NCBI GenBank assembly: GCA_904063045.1
Contig: CAJFCJ010000008.1
Location: 434,001-498,000 of the forward strand
Reading direction: 5' to 3'
Source of the DNA: Dimorphilus gyrociliatus
Taxonomy: Eukaryota > Animalia > Annelida
DNA length: 64,000 nucleotides
The translations under genes and the position numbers were made by a program. Below are positions 50,026 to 64,000 of this stretch, one piece after another (the first letter of the stretch is position 1; each line of letters opens with the position of its first letter). Below the pieces are notes generated by a model, which was not told where the DNA came from, searched no databases, and was given only the letters and a program-made list of their open reading frames with translations.

Positions 50026-51038
50026 TCAGAATCGGCTAGCACCGCCGTAACTTCCGTATTGAGGAGGCTGTGAATTTTGTCGACTTATTTGAGGTTGCTG
50101 CATTGCCAATTGTTGAATTTGCTGTTGTTGTTGCTGTTGTTGTTGTTGTTGCTGCTGCTGCTGTTGCTGTATCTGATGTTGCTGCATTTGTCGACTGTAT
50201 AGAGCTGATCGGCTCATTTGATTACCAGTTCCCGCTGGATATCTATTTTACAAAATTCAAAACTTTAAATATGAATCTAGTAAATTTTTTCAATACTTAC
50301 GCTGGAGGATTATTTGCGTATTGTTGTTGGGCGTTAGTCGTCATAAAATTTGCATTTGTTGACGCCTAAATACAAATAAAGATGAAGAGTAGATTAAAAA
50401 ATTGATCAACTCAAAGAAAATATATCTAAAACGTTTACCTGATAATTAGGAGTTGTTTGGCTATATTGAGCAGGGCCTACATCTGAAGAAGCAAAATTAT
50501 TTTGTACGCTATTTGTAGAACCAGGACCTCCTGTTTGACAAACTAACATGTAGAAGCACTAAATCTAATACATAGCATGCAAAAATATTAGAAAGATTGA
50601 CGAGGGATCACAACAAATTTGCAAATATTATTCAGCGCGTTCAGGAATTAGTTTTTTTTAATTATTATCTTTGTTAAATACGTAATTATATGATATTTAT
50701 TCAATTATTAAGTGTTTATTAATAAATACCATATAGAGACGTTTTCTAGGGAAGTATAAAATAATGGATATATGTATACATATATAAAAATATATATATG
50801 AATATATCAATATTGTGCAGCATAAGATCATGTGTCGAAATAATAATACATTTCTTTGCTAATTATAACAATAACGAAAAATAATCGACCAGATCCAACC
50901 AACAACATAATTTTGGTTATTGGAGTTTAATGACGTAGAAGGCTGTATATACTGTATGCATATTATTTCATAATGCATATGTAGTATATACATACATATA
51001 TATATATACTGTATATATATATTCATATCAATATGCAG

Positions 51039-51088
<50 letters not shown>

Positions 51089-54000
51089 TCAGACACATAA
51101 TCAGGTGTAATAGGGAATTATTAAGGCTTTTGCTTTTTTTAAGGAATCAAGAATTTGTTGTTTACTACTGGGACATGCTATGTTCTTGTTTTTTAATTTA
51201 CCGTGTGGCGCCATTAAGTGGAAGGCTGTTGATTGTTGGTGAATGACGTTAGGTGGTGCTGCTGTCAATGTCGAAGTGTTTTAACGCGCAAAGAAAAAAA
51301 AGAAAAAGGAAAAAAATAATTAAAGCTATTCTAATATAATATGAAATATAAATAAATTAAAAAAAAAGATAAACACCGTAAATAAGTGCAAACTAATAGT
51401 AATTACAAAAAATATTTCGAAAAGTATGAAATATACGATTTCTTTCTTAAATTTAGAAAAAACTAATATATATAACTTAAGTAATTAAAAAAAAAGAAAT
51501 AGAAAAAAATAAATAAAGCGTAACAAGAAAGAAAAGTTAATTGAAAAAAGAATAAAAACTAAATGTTTGTTTTTTTAAAAAAAAAAAAGAAAATGAAATT
51601 AATATATCTAACTTACCTGGATAAGACATCTCCGAATTTGTTGTTCTATTCATCATATTCATTGCGAGCCTTTGCCGAACCAATTGGTTGTTATTCATTT
51701 GTTGTAATTTATTAGCAGCTTGTTGCTGGGGAGGCATTCCACCTATATTTTGAGGTGTATTTGGTCGGTTTGCGTTGTAAGGGGGCATACGAGTACGTAA
51801 GAGGGTTGTTAATGCTTCCTTTCCGTTTCCATAGGGGCTTGCGCCCCCAGCTGAAGGACCTGGGAAACGGTTACCACCGTAGCCTGGCTGTTGAGGATAA
51901 AACGGTTGCTGTTGCTGTTGCTGCCCAGAATATGCCCACGGAGCGTTCGGTGGACGTTGGTATTGCTCTCTTGAACCCATCATGCCTTGGAAGTTAGGAG
52001 TTTGCATGTTGTAGACAGGTGTTGTTGGATTTGAAGTTCGATTGTTGTTAACTCTTCTACCTCTTGTGGAAGTCTTCTTCTTTTTCATATCTGTATGACG
52101 TTCTTCTAATCTCTCTACAGGTTTCTCCTCCTCTCGCACGCTAACTGGTTCAAAATCTTCAGGCGGAACAGGAGGATTTTCGAAGAAATAAGCATCCGGT
52201 TGTTTCAAGTTATGCTGGTGATGTAATAGCTGTCTGAACTGATCTTCATATTTTAAGGTTTTCCTCTCTGTTTTCCTACCAGAGAACCATGACCAAGCAA
52301 GCGGTGCAGGATTTTTGTGACCTTCTAGTATATCCCAAGAAAATACTTTTTGCTTATTTTGTATTTTGCAGCCAGATTTTGATGCAGGTTTTTTAGAGTA
52401 AGGTTCAACAGTTAGTACTTCGATTTGGAACTTATTATTTGGTAAAGGAAGTAATTGTCTCACTAAGTCAATACCTTCAGAATGTTTATCATTTACTTCC
52501 CTTTTTATACTTTTACAAAGTTTCACATAGTTCTTCCTCGACTCATCACCTTTCTCAGCAGCTTCATTAACGAGACTTCCTATAACTAATGTTCCTAACA
52601 TATCCAAAACTGATGTCAACATATAAGAATTAGTTGTCGTATCTACAACGCCGTACGAAACTAATTGAGTCAATAAAGTACACCAATCCTGAGTATTTGT
52701 TGTGCTCTTTTGCAAAGTTTCGAACATACTACCAACTAAACCAAGTCTTAGATGTAAAGCCTCTGACATCATTTGACGTAATTTTGGATCTGATGTTGTT
52801 ACTTTATCTTCCTTAGCATTTGATACAAAATTATCAATTTGACTTCTAAGGGAGTTTAATAGAGATTCCCTTTGTTCATCTTGACTTTTTAAACAAGATA
52901 AAATCAAGGAAATGAACGGCTGATAGCCAAGTAAGGTTGTTCTCTTTTGTAGATCTCGCTGTTTTTCTTTAGTTTTTATAGCCCAGAAATTGTTCCCACT
53001 TTCTAAGACTTGAGCGGCGAATCTTAAAACTCTACTTTCTACCATATTCTCCAAACTAGATAGGAATGGTCCTATTAACCAAACTGAAGGTTTATCTACA
53101 TATGTCTTATTACTTTCCGCCTTTTTATCAGCTTCTTCTTGAAAGGCTTGAATTGTTGCTTTTGCTACGTTATCCAAAAGTTGATGAAATATTTTTTCTG
53201 TTTGTCTTTCAACTAAAAACAATAATCTCATCTCTAGCCATGCTTCCCTCTTGTTCCATTGAGTTAAATTCTGAAGTATATTTGTTATGTGTCGTCGTTG
53301 AATTAGTACTTCGTCACAGTCGTCTTCGTCGTCACTATCGTAATTTGGTATTCCGTGAGGATAGCAAAATATTTCAACGAGGTTTTGAGCCATGCGAGTT
53401 GAAAAATGAACATCCAACAGATAGTCACTACCTAAAAGTGTGTGGGGAGATCTGAGAAATTTTTCTCGAATCCAATCTTGGCAAGTAAGCTCTTGGAGTA
53501 CGTATCTGGCAAAATCTGCTAAAGAAACAGATCCCATTATCTTCTTACAAGTCCAACCAATAGTTTGAAAGCTATCCGTCCTCGAATTTGTGTCCCCGGC
53601 AATCATTAACAGAAATTTTAAAACAAGAACAACAGGACTTAGGGAAGTTACGTTTTGGGCTGCAGTTAACAGATTCCTATCATACATATGCTTTATCACA
53701 AAAACATTGTCCGTAGGAAAATTCGGTGATTGAAAAATACGTAGTAACAAATTCAGGCATAGTCTAGAACCCTGATCTGTACCAGATGGATTTTGACCCA
53801 AAGTTGATACTATTTTGCCCAACGATGGCATAATTACAATTCGTAGAAAGTCTTCTAATGAAAAGCAATTTCTAGCCGTTAGTATGGACACAAAAATGGC
53901 TAAGGCATCACCGTATGACGAAACCTATAATAGGAAAGAAATGAGGTTTTTTTTGCGCAAAAACATTCAATAAACAAATAGCGGATATTCTTTAATACTT

Positions 54001-57000
54001 ACATCCAATTCGGAAATTTTTACAATGAGATCAATGTAGCCATTGTTGCTACATTCCATAGAGTTAAGATCAACTGTACATAGGGTGCTTAAGACCCCTA
54101 ACCATTCGTTGCTCAATTGATGGCAATAAGATGTCATTTGAGAGCACATGATGGCTATGTCATTAAGTCTGAAAAAAAAAATTATATTGTTTAATTAAAC
54201 TATTGGCATTAAATGACTTTATTTGAGTAACTTACTTATTACTGTCTTCTGTTCCTGAACATATTTTTAATATAGTATTACAAACGAAACTATACGAATT
54301 TGAAGGCATTTCATTTATAGCTCTAATTGTCATATTATCTGCTTGAATTCTAGGATCACCTAACATTTCTTGTAAAAACTTTTGATTCCACATAGAATTG
54401 CTATTGGCAGCTTCCATTTTTCGTTGAATGTGCGGTTTAACGTCATTTATTAAATATTCTTGATAATTTTGATCGCTCATCCTTAAGTAAGAGCAACCAA
54501 GGTAAGCCTCATGTAGATAATTAAAAGCACAAGTTTCAGCGGAGTTACATTCTTTCGGTTTTGCAAACTTTACATATTCTTTTAAACTGAAAGTATATAT
54601 TAAATAAGATTAAAGACAAAAAAAGAATTAATATTATCAATCATCGAATATTTACCCTTTACAAGCTTGCTTCAATATTTCGGGAAAATGAATTAGATAT
54701 GTATGATATTTCCAGAAAACTGAAACAATACACAGGACTAAAGAATGTAGATAGTTGCTGGCGTGAACGGGTCGTTGAAGTTTCTGATTTTTATCGCCTC
54801 TAAGTAGCTCTTTAGCTTTTTCACTAACGTTTTCGGATACTTCTGATAACAGTTGAACACAAAGATCTATCAAACCACGAATATTTAATGACTTTTCCAT
54901 TAAATCCATTAGGCAAGCTATATATTCAATTTGTGGCACAGTGGTGGTCTGACCGGACGTAAATGCTTGTATCTGTAGAGAGATACGGACAGTATGGTTT
55001 TTATTAGGAACTCTTCTGAAAAAAAAACACTGTTTCTATATAAAACAAACCTGCTCTATAATTAATGAAGCCAATGAGTTAGTTATTTGATGTTGATCAA
55101 AATAGGATGTTCTCAGACATTTTCCAATGGATGCCTTAAGTACTGAATTTGAATCAGCATCACTCAATCGTTTCTTTTTGTTCTTTACGCCAATATCTCC
55201 ATTACTTAGATCTATAGCATTCTTCTTACCAAATATTTTTACAATCTCACGTTTAATTTTTTTTAGATTATGAATAACCGCTTCTCTTACAGACCCAACA
55301 CCATATAATACAATAAGTCGTTGGTTTGTTTCGTGTGTATAGGCGTCATCGGATGGCAACGGTAAATGCATTGTATAGTATAAATGTCTACTGGGTTTTT
55401 GAACTTTTTGTGCCTTCGTTGTGCTTATTGGAGTTGTTGCAGTTCCAGGAGTGTACGCCATATGAGGAGTGTAAGGAGTGTGGGGCTGTAGACTGGATGC
55501 TGGCGTTAATGGGCTAGGATCTTGGGGAGTAGTTCCTTTGCATGCCACCGCATCGTACGACATACCTTTGGCAGAGGCTGGTGAATACAATTCAGACTTA
55601 ATTGAAGTTGAAACGCTACCAGGTGGTTGTGGAGAAAAAATTTCGTCTTTTGGTCCAACTCCAGTGAAATGTTCAGACTCTGAATCAAAGAGTTCGTTAT
55701 CATTCGATTTATCAGTTTCAGTTTTAACCGCAATGTCCGATAATTCCTGAATCTCGGTGTAGGACATATTATTTGAGCATTGTAGATCACCCCTTGATAT
55801 TAATGTGGCTATGTATGAATCATGGGAAAAGACTTCTTGACGTATTAATTCGGCAAATAGCAAAACTAAGTTGGCAAATGCCGCACGATTTTCTGGTGAT
55901 GGAGATTTATCAAGAACTGGAGCTTGCGTATCCAAAAATTCAATCAATAAACTCTGAAAGGGCATATTGGAATTTGTAGCTGCGTGTAATATGTCATCGA
56001 CTGGATTTGTATCTTCCTCATCCCTAGGTTCGTTTATTCTTGACTCAGCTTGAGCCTGCCAATAAGATTGTCTCATGTCCAATAATTTGGCTACTGCGGC
56101 AGCTTTATGAAATCCGAATCTCTGCGTATTCACTGCCCATTCACATAAAAATTTTACAATAGGTGCATCAAATAAGTAAGGTTCATTCTGATCTCTTTCT
56201 TTGGAAATAATAAATACTTTTTGATAAAGTGTCTCTATTGTAATTATTCTTGAATTGCTTTCCCTGAAATCGAAATTATATTTATCCAACTCTTCGAGTA
56301 TTTGTAAGAGTTTAGTATAGCGAAAACCCTCTTCGTTTAGTCTGCACATTGGTGATGACCATTTAATTGATGCAGCAATTGAACGCTGACGAATTTGATC
56401 TTCTGCTTCCCTTAGCTTCATTCTAGATTCATTTACTTCTTCAGATGACATACAGGAAGGAAGTGCTAGAGCAGATGGTTCGCAAGGCAATAAGTCAAGA
56501 GGTGACGCGCATAGAGAGACAACAGAACTCTTTTCAGTCTTATAAGCATTCCAAACCAAAGCCCCAGGAGACCTTAAAACAATCCCCTGCAGTAAGGCGG
56601 TGAGTAAAGATATTATTGGTTTATGTTGTGGACAAGTTAAATATTCCGTGAGAATCTCATTTACATTTCCGTCATGAGGAGGCGATGAGGATCCAACATC
56701 GGTCAGAAAAAGATTGATTCTTTTAGCACAATAGTAAGCTAGTCGCCTGGAGAGAATATGATTATTGCATATATCTGAATCATATCTCATAATATCATAT
56801 AGAATTAATTTAGTTGTTGTGTCATCTTTCTCTTTTTCCAGCATATCAATGTAAAATTGTAAAATTTCCATGCGATCTAATAGATCATTCTGTATATCAT
56901 ATTAACAATTTCTTATTAATACCATTCCAAGCGAAAAATCTTATCTAATAATAAACTACTTACGGCATACATATGATGAGTGAGATTCGAAAAAAATTTC

Positions 57001-58213
57001 CATTTTCCAAGTAACTCTTCTAATTGTTCAGAATCTCTCGAACTTGACGAACTTACTGTTAGAAATCCAGTTGGCATAGAGGGTACAGTTCCAGCATAGT
57101 TACAGTGGACTTTTTGCAAATAATCGCGAAGTAACTTTAATAGGTGCATTCCCCATTCTAAAGTAAAAATTGAAATGTACGTGATTTTCTATATACACAC
57201 ATATATTAATGTAACAGTCTTTACTGACCGCTGGAGGGATCAGTTGTTGTTCTCTTCTTTACTTTACTTTCGGCCAAAGACGCGCAATGAGCCGCGTTCA
57301 TCTTGATATACCAAGTCGCTCTAATTAGTGGAACCTTATTTTCCCACAAACAATGTAATACATCTTCCTTCCTTATAGAAACTGGCAACTACAGGTGAAA
57401 ATTAACATAAGTAAAAGATTTGTATAAATTAAGCCATACTTATAGGAGAAAATCCATTTTTTAATATAACAACTAACCTTCTTGGATAATTCTGTTAATG
57501 GCCTTAATCCACTGAGATCTTTAAAGAAGTTTAGTATACCAGATTGCTTAGGAGTGTTTGGCTTTAAAGTCTGTTAAATAAAAGGTATTATTTTTGAATT
57601 GAATGTAAAGTTAAATATACCAACCACATGGATAAAAACATCTTTAGCATTAATTGGCTGCTTTCGTTTGTTAGCACCACTGGGAGCAGTATCGGAAACA
57701 GTGTTAATCTCGGCCTTTTTTGCAAGGATAGAATCGTAAAAGTCTCCAATCTTCGCTATTTTATTACATATATCTCCATGTTTGCTACTCGTAGAAAACT
57801 ACAAACAAGATTAACGTTAAACTTTACATCTGTTAGTCGTATATACGTAAAATATATAGAAATCGTTTAAAAAGTTTCATCAAGCATATATACGCTTGAT
57901 AAATACGTAGGAAGCGCTAAATCAGTGAATTTATTTGTAAATAATATTTAGTCACCTCTTCTGCAACTAGAATTCTATATTCCAATCCTTTCTTTACATT
58001 TTCATGGCTAAGAACATCCTAAAAAGACAAATTATTATGTTAGAAATGTATAACCGATACAAGTAAACACGATTAGCAGTAAATAAAGCAAGAAAAAAAC
58101 AGTTGAAACTTTACTTCTTTCTGGGATGCCTGTTGTGGATATACATCAGGTCCGTGTGTTCCTTGCCTGGATTTTTTAAGAGGACGATACTCTTGGTTTC
58201 CGATAGAATACAT
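50026..58213 (-). CDS. MED12: Mediator subunit 12 (kohtalo), multi-exon
   Basis: N-terminus MYSIGNQEYRPLKKSRQG..GPDVYPQQ, VPLIRATWYIKM, LLCEW-like FLCEWAVNTQR, LVLLFAELIRQEVFSHDSYIATLISRGD, WDILEGHKNPAPLAWSWF, and a polyQ tail ending GGASRF*. Confidence 0.93.
50112..50175 (-). repeat. CAG/CAA polyglutamine tract of MED12
   Basis: Encodes QQHQIQQQQQQQQQQQQQQQQQIQQ. Confidence 0.9.
51043..51083. repeat. (TA)n microsatellite in a MED12 intron
   Basis: Direct reading. Confidence 0.85.
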
Positions 58214-58401
58214 GTTTTCGATCTACAGTAGTAACATTTATCGCAACATTTCTCCGCCAGTATGTATTTAAATTGTTTCTAAAATATTATCATTTCTATG
58301 ACCACCATCTTTTAATACGACGTAAAGGGACCCTGTTTTTGGCAAAACGCGATGCACGCATTAACAACGCTGAACAGGTAACCATATTTAAAAACCAGAC
58401 T

Positions 58402-58416
58402 GTTGCTATAGTAAAC
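58402..58416. promoter_or_regulatory. RFX X-box-like element between MED12 and DYNC2H1
   Basis: GTTGCTATAGTAAAC is one base off the GTHNYY-AT-RRNAAC consensus and lies about 220 bp upstream of a ciliary gene. Confidence 0.4.
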
Positions 58417-58634
58417 AAGAGCTTGGAACCAGTCTAAATATTTTGCTCGAAATTTTTGAGTCTGCAGGAAAAATTTTTATAGGAAAATTAATTATACTAA
58501 GCAGAAAGTTGATAATTAAAATACATATCAAATTGAAAATATTCATAAAATAATTAACTTTGGGTTAAATTTAACTTTTAATCAACTATCTTTAGAGCTT
58601 TAACCGGTGGTTTCTCTTATTATCGTTAAGAAAG

Positions 58635-61600
58635 ATGCCAGTTGGAGACTCAAGAAAAGATTTTATTCTAACAACGTCCTCTAATCATTTTGGACTATCT
58701 GCAAATGACAAAAGTCTTATCGGGGCCGATACTGCAAAGCCTTTAAATAGATTTTTAGACGACTCAAACGTAGAAGTATTAAGTGCTCTTTACGATGGGG
58801 GTTCTATTCAATTTAATAATAAGGTATAAATACCCAAAATAATTTTCTATTGCAAAAAAAATGTTCTATTTTTGATCGGATTTAGATTGAATTTGGAGAC
58901 AATACCGGAAATAAAACTCTGGTTTTCTGCAAAACTCGTCCAGAGGCCATAACTCCAGATAATATGTCCACAATAATTCTTATTTCATCAATGCTGGACA
59001 CACCAATAGCGTCTCTATTTCACACGATAAAGTCAGAATTTAATCCAGTATTGCTTGAGGATAATAAGTGGAGTGATTCACTTCCTCCAAAACTTAAATC
59101 CCTACTAACTGATCTAGAAGCTGCTCTAAGTAGTCTGGTAATTGGAGGTAGACAGGGAAGACAAGAGACATTAGGAGGTAAATTATTGTCTAACATACAA
59201 AATAAAATCTTTAAACTTAAATCTTTCATTGATTACATAATTTAATTCTTAATTATGTCAACTGTACTCTATTTTCATTTTCAATTTGTGGTTGAATAAT
59301 ACACTTACAGATAATAAGGATTGACAATCGAAGTCGTAAGAGGTTTTTGATTAAACTCTTAGCTTAAAGCTTTATATTTTAACAAAATTCACAAGGCTAT
59401 AGTATAAAAAATATTTTACCATATTTTATTCATCTTTGGCCCATCTAACATGATAATATTACATTACAAATTATTACTGTTATCTAATATCTTTACTTTT
59501 TAATAGGAATTCTTTCTCCTTCTGATGAACTTCAATACTGGCGTGATCAGGCTTCTAAGGGAGGATCAAGAAGGGATGCCGCGGAAACAGTTATTGAAAA
59601 TTTGGCACCGATGGCTAAAGAATTTTCCGCAATTGATATGATGAAACTATCCGATATTCCAGATGTAATAGACGAAATGCAAGACTATCTTGATGAATTA
59701 TGGAAACAATCAGACTCGGAAACGTACTCTGAGGAGAGGATGCGTCATCTATTAGATGTAAGTGCTGGACTGCTTGGACGAAGTATTCAGAAGAAAATTT
59801 CAAAAGAAGAGTTATGGAGTAGTCCGTTTTCCACTATAAAAGACCAATTAAAATCAGGTCAGGCTGTTTGTGAACGGTGGGCACAAACTTGCCACATGTT
59901 AACAACGCAATTTTGGAAAAGATACTCACCTCATCCATGGAAGGGAGAAAAATTTGTACCAGATAATTTACTCAAGTTGAAAGGACGATTGGATGAAATT
60001 CTAGCAGTTCGTGCAACGTATGAACAAATGTGCAAACTCCTACCTAATCAGGAGCAACAAGAACTAAAACTATCCGAAAGCTTTGCGCCATTCTCTGGAT
60101 TAAATCCAGTTCATTATAACCCGTATACAGAACCTTTATGGAAATCCGCTGTTGCTCAGTATGAGAGATTAACAAGTCTGGCAGAAAGTAGAGTGGCTCA
60201 AAAGCTTCGCAATCATTTCAAATCGATTGATGGAAACCCTATACAATTACTAAGAGAGTTTCAAAGATATAAAGATTTAGTAAAGAGGGATAGTATTATG
60301 AAAGAATTAACGGGAGAAAGGGAGAATTTATTAGGTCAACTAAATGTCTTCATTAAACATTGCCGAGACGAATATCAGCAAATATCGACGGGAACGGGAT
60401 CCACTCGGCTACCAACTGGTAAAAATCTACCCGAAATTGTAAATAAAATTGTTTGGGCAAGACAGTTGCAATCAAGAGTAAGCATATTATTTACATTTAA
60501 AGAAAATCTTCATTGTTTATGATAAATTATATACCTTTCATTCAATTTTAGGTCGAAGATATGAAAAGAATAACTACGGAAATCCTTGGAGATTTAGCAA
60601 GATATAAAGATTTACAATCAGATGCTGATAATTTAATCGGTGAACTAACTAACTGGCAAAAGGATCAATTCGACGAATGGTCCAGAGAGATTCAAGAGCA
60701 AATTGACGAAAATGAGAAAAATATTTGCTTAGAAACTAGCGGCAAACTTATGGAACTAGATCATCGAAGTGGAAAATTGTTTATTAACTATGGAGAGAGA
60801 TTAGTAACACTTATAAGAGAAGTTTCAACCCTTACATCATTAGGTTTCTCAATTCCAAAGAAAATTTTAAGAGTAGCTGAAACTGGAAAGAAATTTTATA
60901 AATATGGAAATATTCTTAAACAAGTCGCTAACTTTTACAATACAATTGATCAGCAAATGCTTTCCTCACAAAAAGCAATGATGTTAGAATCTGCTGTGGC
61001 CTTTGAAAGAATTATTAAAAATCCAAAAACTAGTAAGATCTAATATACTAATACACGAGTAAGAAACCTATTAAATTGCATATTCTTTCTATTAAATAGC
61101 TAACAAAGCAAAAGGCAATACAGGTGTTCAAGTAACTTGGGATAATCCTGAACAATTAGAAGAATATATAAAAAGTCTTCAAGGAGCATCAGGTAAACTG
61201 CAGACAGAGAATCGGAGACTGAGAAAATGCCACTACACTATTGCTGATAAATGTAGCGATCTCATGGGAATTGATCTACTAAAATATCCTCAAAAGTGGA
61301 AGGATTATTTGATGGAAATAAGACATATAATGGCCAATTTAACTTCCCAAGGCTTTGCGTCTGAGAATATGAGACCCTGGAAAGCTCATTGGGATAGACA
61401 ATTATATAAAGCTCTTGAACATCAATATCAAATGGGAGTTGAATCTTTAAATGAAAGTCTACCAGAGATAAACGTCGAATTGACATTCAAGCAACAAAAA
61501 CTGCAATTTAAACCACCTTACGAAGAGATCCAAGCTAAATATTTTAGAGAAATGAAAAAATTTCTCAGCATACCTAATCACTTTAAAGGCGTTAGTGAAC

Positions 61601-64000
61601 CACCATCATCAGTATTTTCTGCAATTATAGACAGGAATGCAAGCGCTTTTATAGGATGTTATATAAAAGCAGCGGATTTATTTCAAAGATTGTCAAAAGT
61701 TCAAAATGAATTTTCTGACTGGGTTGTTCTTGGTTATATTCCAGATATGGATGATTTTGTTGATAAAGAATTACACAATATAGGCGATTGGGAACGAGAA
61801 CTAAAAGCTCTCAAAGTTAGAGGACGAAACGCGGAAAAGTTAAAAACGTAAGTTTTTAACAGTTTATGATAATTAATAATCATTAACTATCGTATTTTCC
61901 TTTTAAATAGCGAATATAAAGTTGACTGCGTCCGTGTATCAACAGTTCCTGTTAAAATGGTTATTGAAGAGCATATTACGAGACTTTTCGATGCTTTATT
62001 AATGTCTTTAAGACGTTCTATAAGTAAAGAAATCGAGAGTATTGATAATTTCTTAAGTGAGGCAATTGATACATTATCGGTGAGGCCTCAAACGGTAGAG
62101 GAAATTGGTGAAGCTAACTCCAAACAGACTATTTTCAAACAAAAAAAGAGAGAGGTAATATCTATAATTTGCTATTATGTTTTTTTTTCTTATATGGACT
62201 TTTACTTTATTAGATTCGACCTCAATTCGAAGAGATCGAATCGAAAAATAAGCTATTAAAATCAGTAGCAGGAGGTGGAGTTGAATCAGTATCACAATTA
62301 AATACAAAATACGATAAATTTCAATTAATGATGGATTCATTCCAAATGATGATAAGCGAACAAGTTGAAATGATGAGAAAGAATACAGAATCTAGAATAA
62401 GCGAATACGAACAAAAATTAGAGAAATTTAATGCCAGATGGAGTCACGTCAGAAATCAAGCTAGAGATTCAATGGATGCTGACGTATCTAAATGGGGTGA
62501 AATTGTTTCTACGATTAAAGAACGAAATGAAGAGTTTCTTGAATTAGAAAAAGAAAAAGAGCAATTATGGTATAAATTCTAAATAATTACTATTTATCTT
62601 AATTTTAAAGTTTAATGTTTCCTGTTATTTTGTTTAGTACTGATTGCGCACATTTTGAATTGCCGACACCGGAATTTCCACTAGCTGAAGAATTAAAAAA
62701 TGAAATTCAAAGATTTGGAAATATGTTTGGACGTTTCGAAGAATTTAATAAAGGATTAGATGAGCTAAGAAAGGAGGATTGGATATCATTTAGAACTCAT
62801 TATTATAAATTTGAAGAATATCTTGTTCATTGGTATGAACAGATTAAAAATGAAGAAACTACAACAATGACAGTAAGACTACAACAGGAAATAGATAAAT
62901 ATAAGGTAAACTATAACAATGTCTATTAAAATAAAGATAAACGGTACTGTGCTTTCAGAATGTATTACCAGTTTTAAAATGGGTTAGAGGAGATCCATTG
63001 TCCACTGATCACTGGCTGGAATTGTTTAGAATGCTTCAACTTCCTAAGGGTACGACTCTTGAGAAGCTAACTTTTAGCGATGTTCTCAAATCTGCTGATC
63101 ATATTATTAAACGCGCCGATGATATTAAGGAACTAAATCTTAGGGCTCAAGGAGAAGTGACAATCAGAGAAGCCCTAAGAGAATTAGATTTATGGGGAGC
63201 AGGAGCTGTTTTCACACTAACCGGCTATGAAGATTCTCACAAACATAAGATTAATTTAATCAAAGATTGGAAGGATTTAATGAATCAAATTGGAGATAAT
63301 CAGTGTCTATTACAATCTCTTAAAGATTCACCTTATTATAAAGCTTTTGAAGATAAGGCATCAACATGGGAGCAAAAATTAGCATCGTTGGATGAATATT
63401 TGCATAATTTGAATCAAATTCAAAGGAAATGGATCTATTTAGAACCTATTTTTGGCAGAGGTGCCCTACCGAAAGATCAAGGCAGATTCAAGGCTGTAGA
63501 CAATGACTTTAGGTGCGTATGGTTTTAAAACAAATAGATAATCCCAATGCTCAAACCATTCTCTTTTGAAGGGGTATCATGTTGGACGTAAATCGAGATA
63601 ATAGGGTAGTGTCTTTAAACGATAAACCCGGTTTAGGGCCCCGACTTACCCAAATGCTCGATCAACTACAAAGATGTCAGAAGGCATTAAATGAATTCTT
63701 GGAAGAGAAGAGATCAGCCTTCCCCAGATTCTACTTCATCGGTGATGATGACTTATTGGAAATATTAGGTCAATCAACAAATCCCGTTGTCATTCAAACT
63801 CATTTGAAGAAATTGTTTGCCGGTATTCACTCCGTTCAATTTGATGAAAAGAATGAGAATATTCTTGCAATGAAATCACTTGATGGCGAAATTGTTCCTT
63901 TAAACAACCAAGTTAAAATCACATCTAAAGTAGAGGTAACATTTGAACTAGATTTTCAAGTTAACATTTAATATATTTTATACTATCTCCTAAAATAGGA
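58635..64000 (+). CDS. DYNC2H1: Cytoplasmic dynein 2 heavy chain 1 (IFT dynein), 5' part; runs off the window
   Basis: N-terminus DSRKDFILTTSSNHFG; tail GKNLPEIVNKIVWARQL, QVANFYNTIDQQM and WKAHWDRQLYKALEHQY; linker QRKWIYLEPIFGRGALP and FPRFYFIGDDDLLEILG. Confidence 0.95.

Noticed and set aside
50026-50217. PolyQ ORF as a separate gene or a novel repeat expansion
   Set aside because: It is the normal glutamine-rich last exon of MED12.
51755-55979. Plus-strand ORFs antisense to MED12
   Set aside because: Antisense shadows of long coding exons.
1-64000. CRISPR arrays, tRNA/rRNA genes, transposase/RT ORFs, known miRNA hairpins
   Set aside because: None recognised by eye. The repeats are microsatellites only. 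A tRNAscan/Infernal/RepeatMasker run would be needed to exclude small or degenerate elements.

Overview
AT-rich eukaryotic (animal) genomic DNA, very gene-dense, with many short (about 50-150 nt) spliceosomal introns. Gene content, especially a divergent SPILE-type TALE homeobox, points to a compact spiralian genome. It resembles the miniature annelid Dimorphilus gyrociliatus, but this is an inference and not confirmed. I can assemble about 17 protein-coding genes by hand. In order: an unconventional myosin with a C-terminal Smad MH2-like domain; two tail-to-tail Hey bHLH-Orange paralogs (the second is almost invisible in the ORF track); a luciferase/4CL-like acyl-CoA ligase; a peptide GPCR; an mTERF-like gene; CCDC142; PRELID1; NFX1; a TMEM121/TMEM26-like membrane protein; an FHL-type LIM protein; PEPCK; MIC60/IMMT; MED12; and the 5' part of DYNC2H1. 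MIC60/IMMT hosts two nested genes, an antisense TALE homeobox and a sense BIR/IAP gene. The most notable items are the myosin-MH2 fusion, the Hey duplicate that lacks YRPW, the double nesting in MIC60, and an apparent GA-AG intron. I recognised no RNA genes, CRISPR arrays or transposon ORFs. All exon boundaries are manual predictions.
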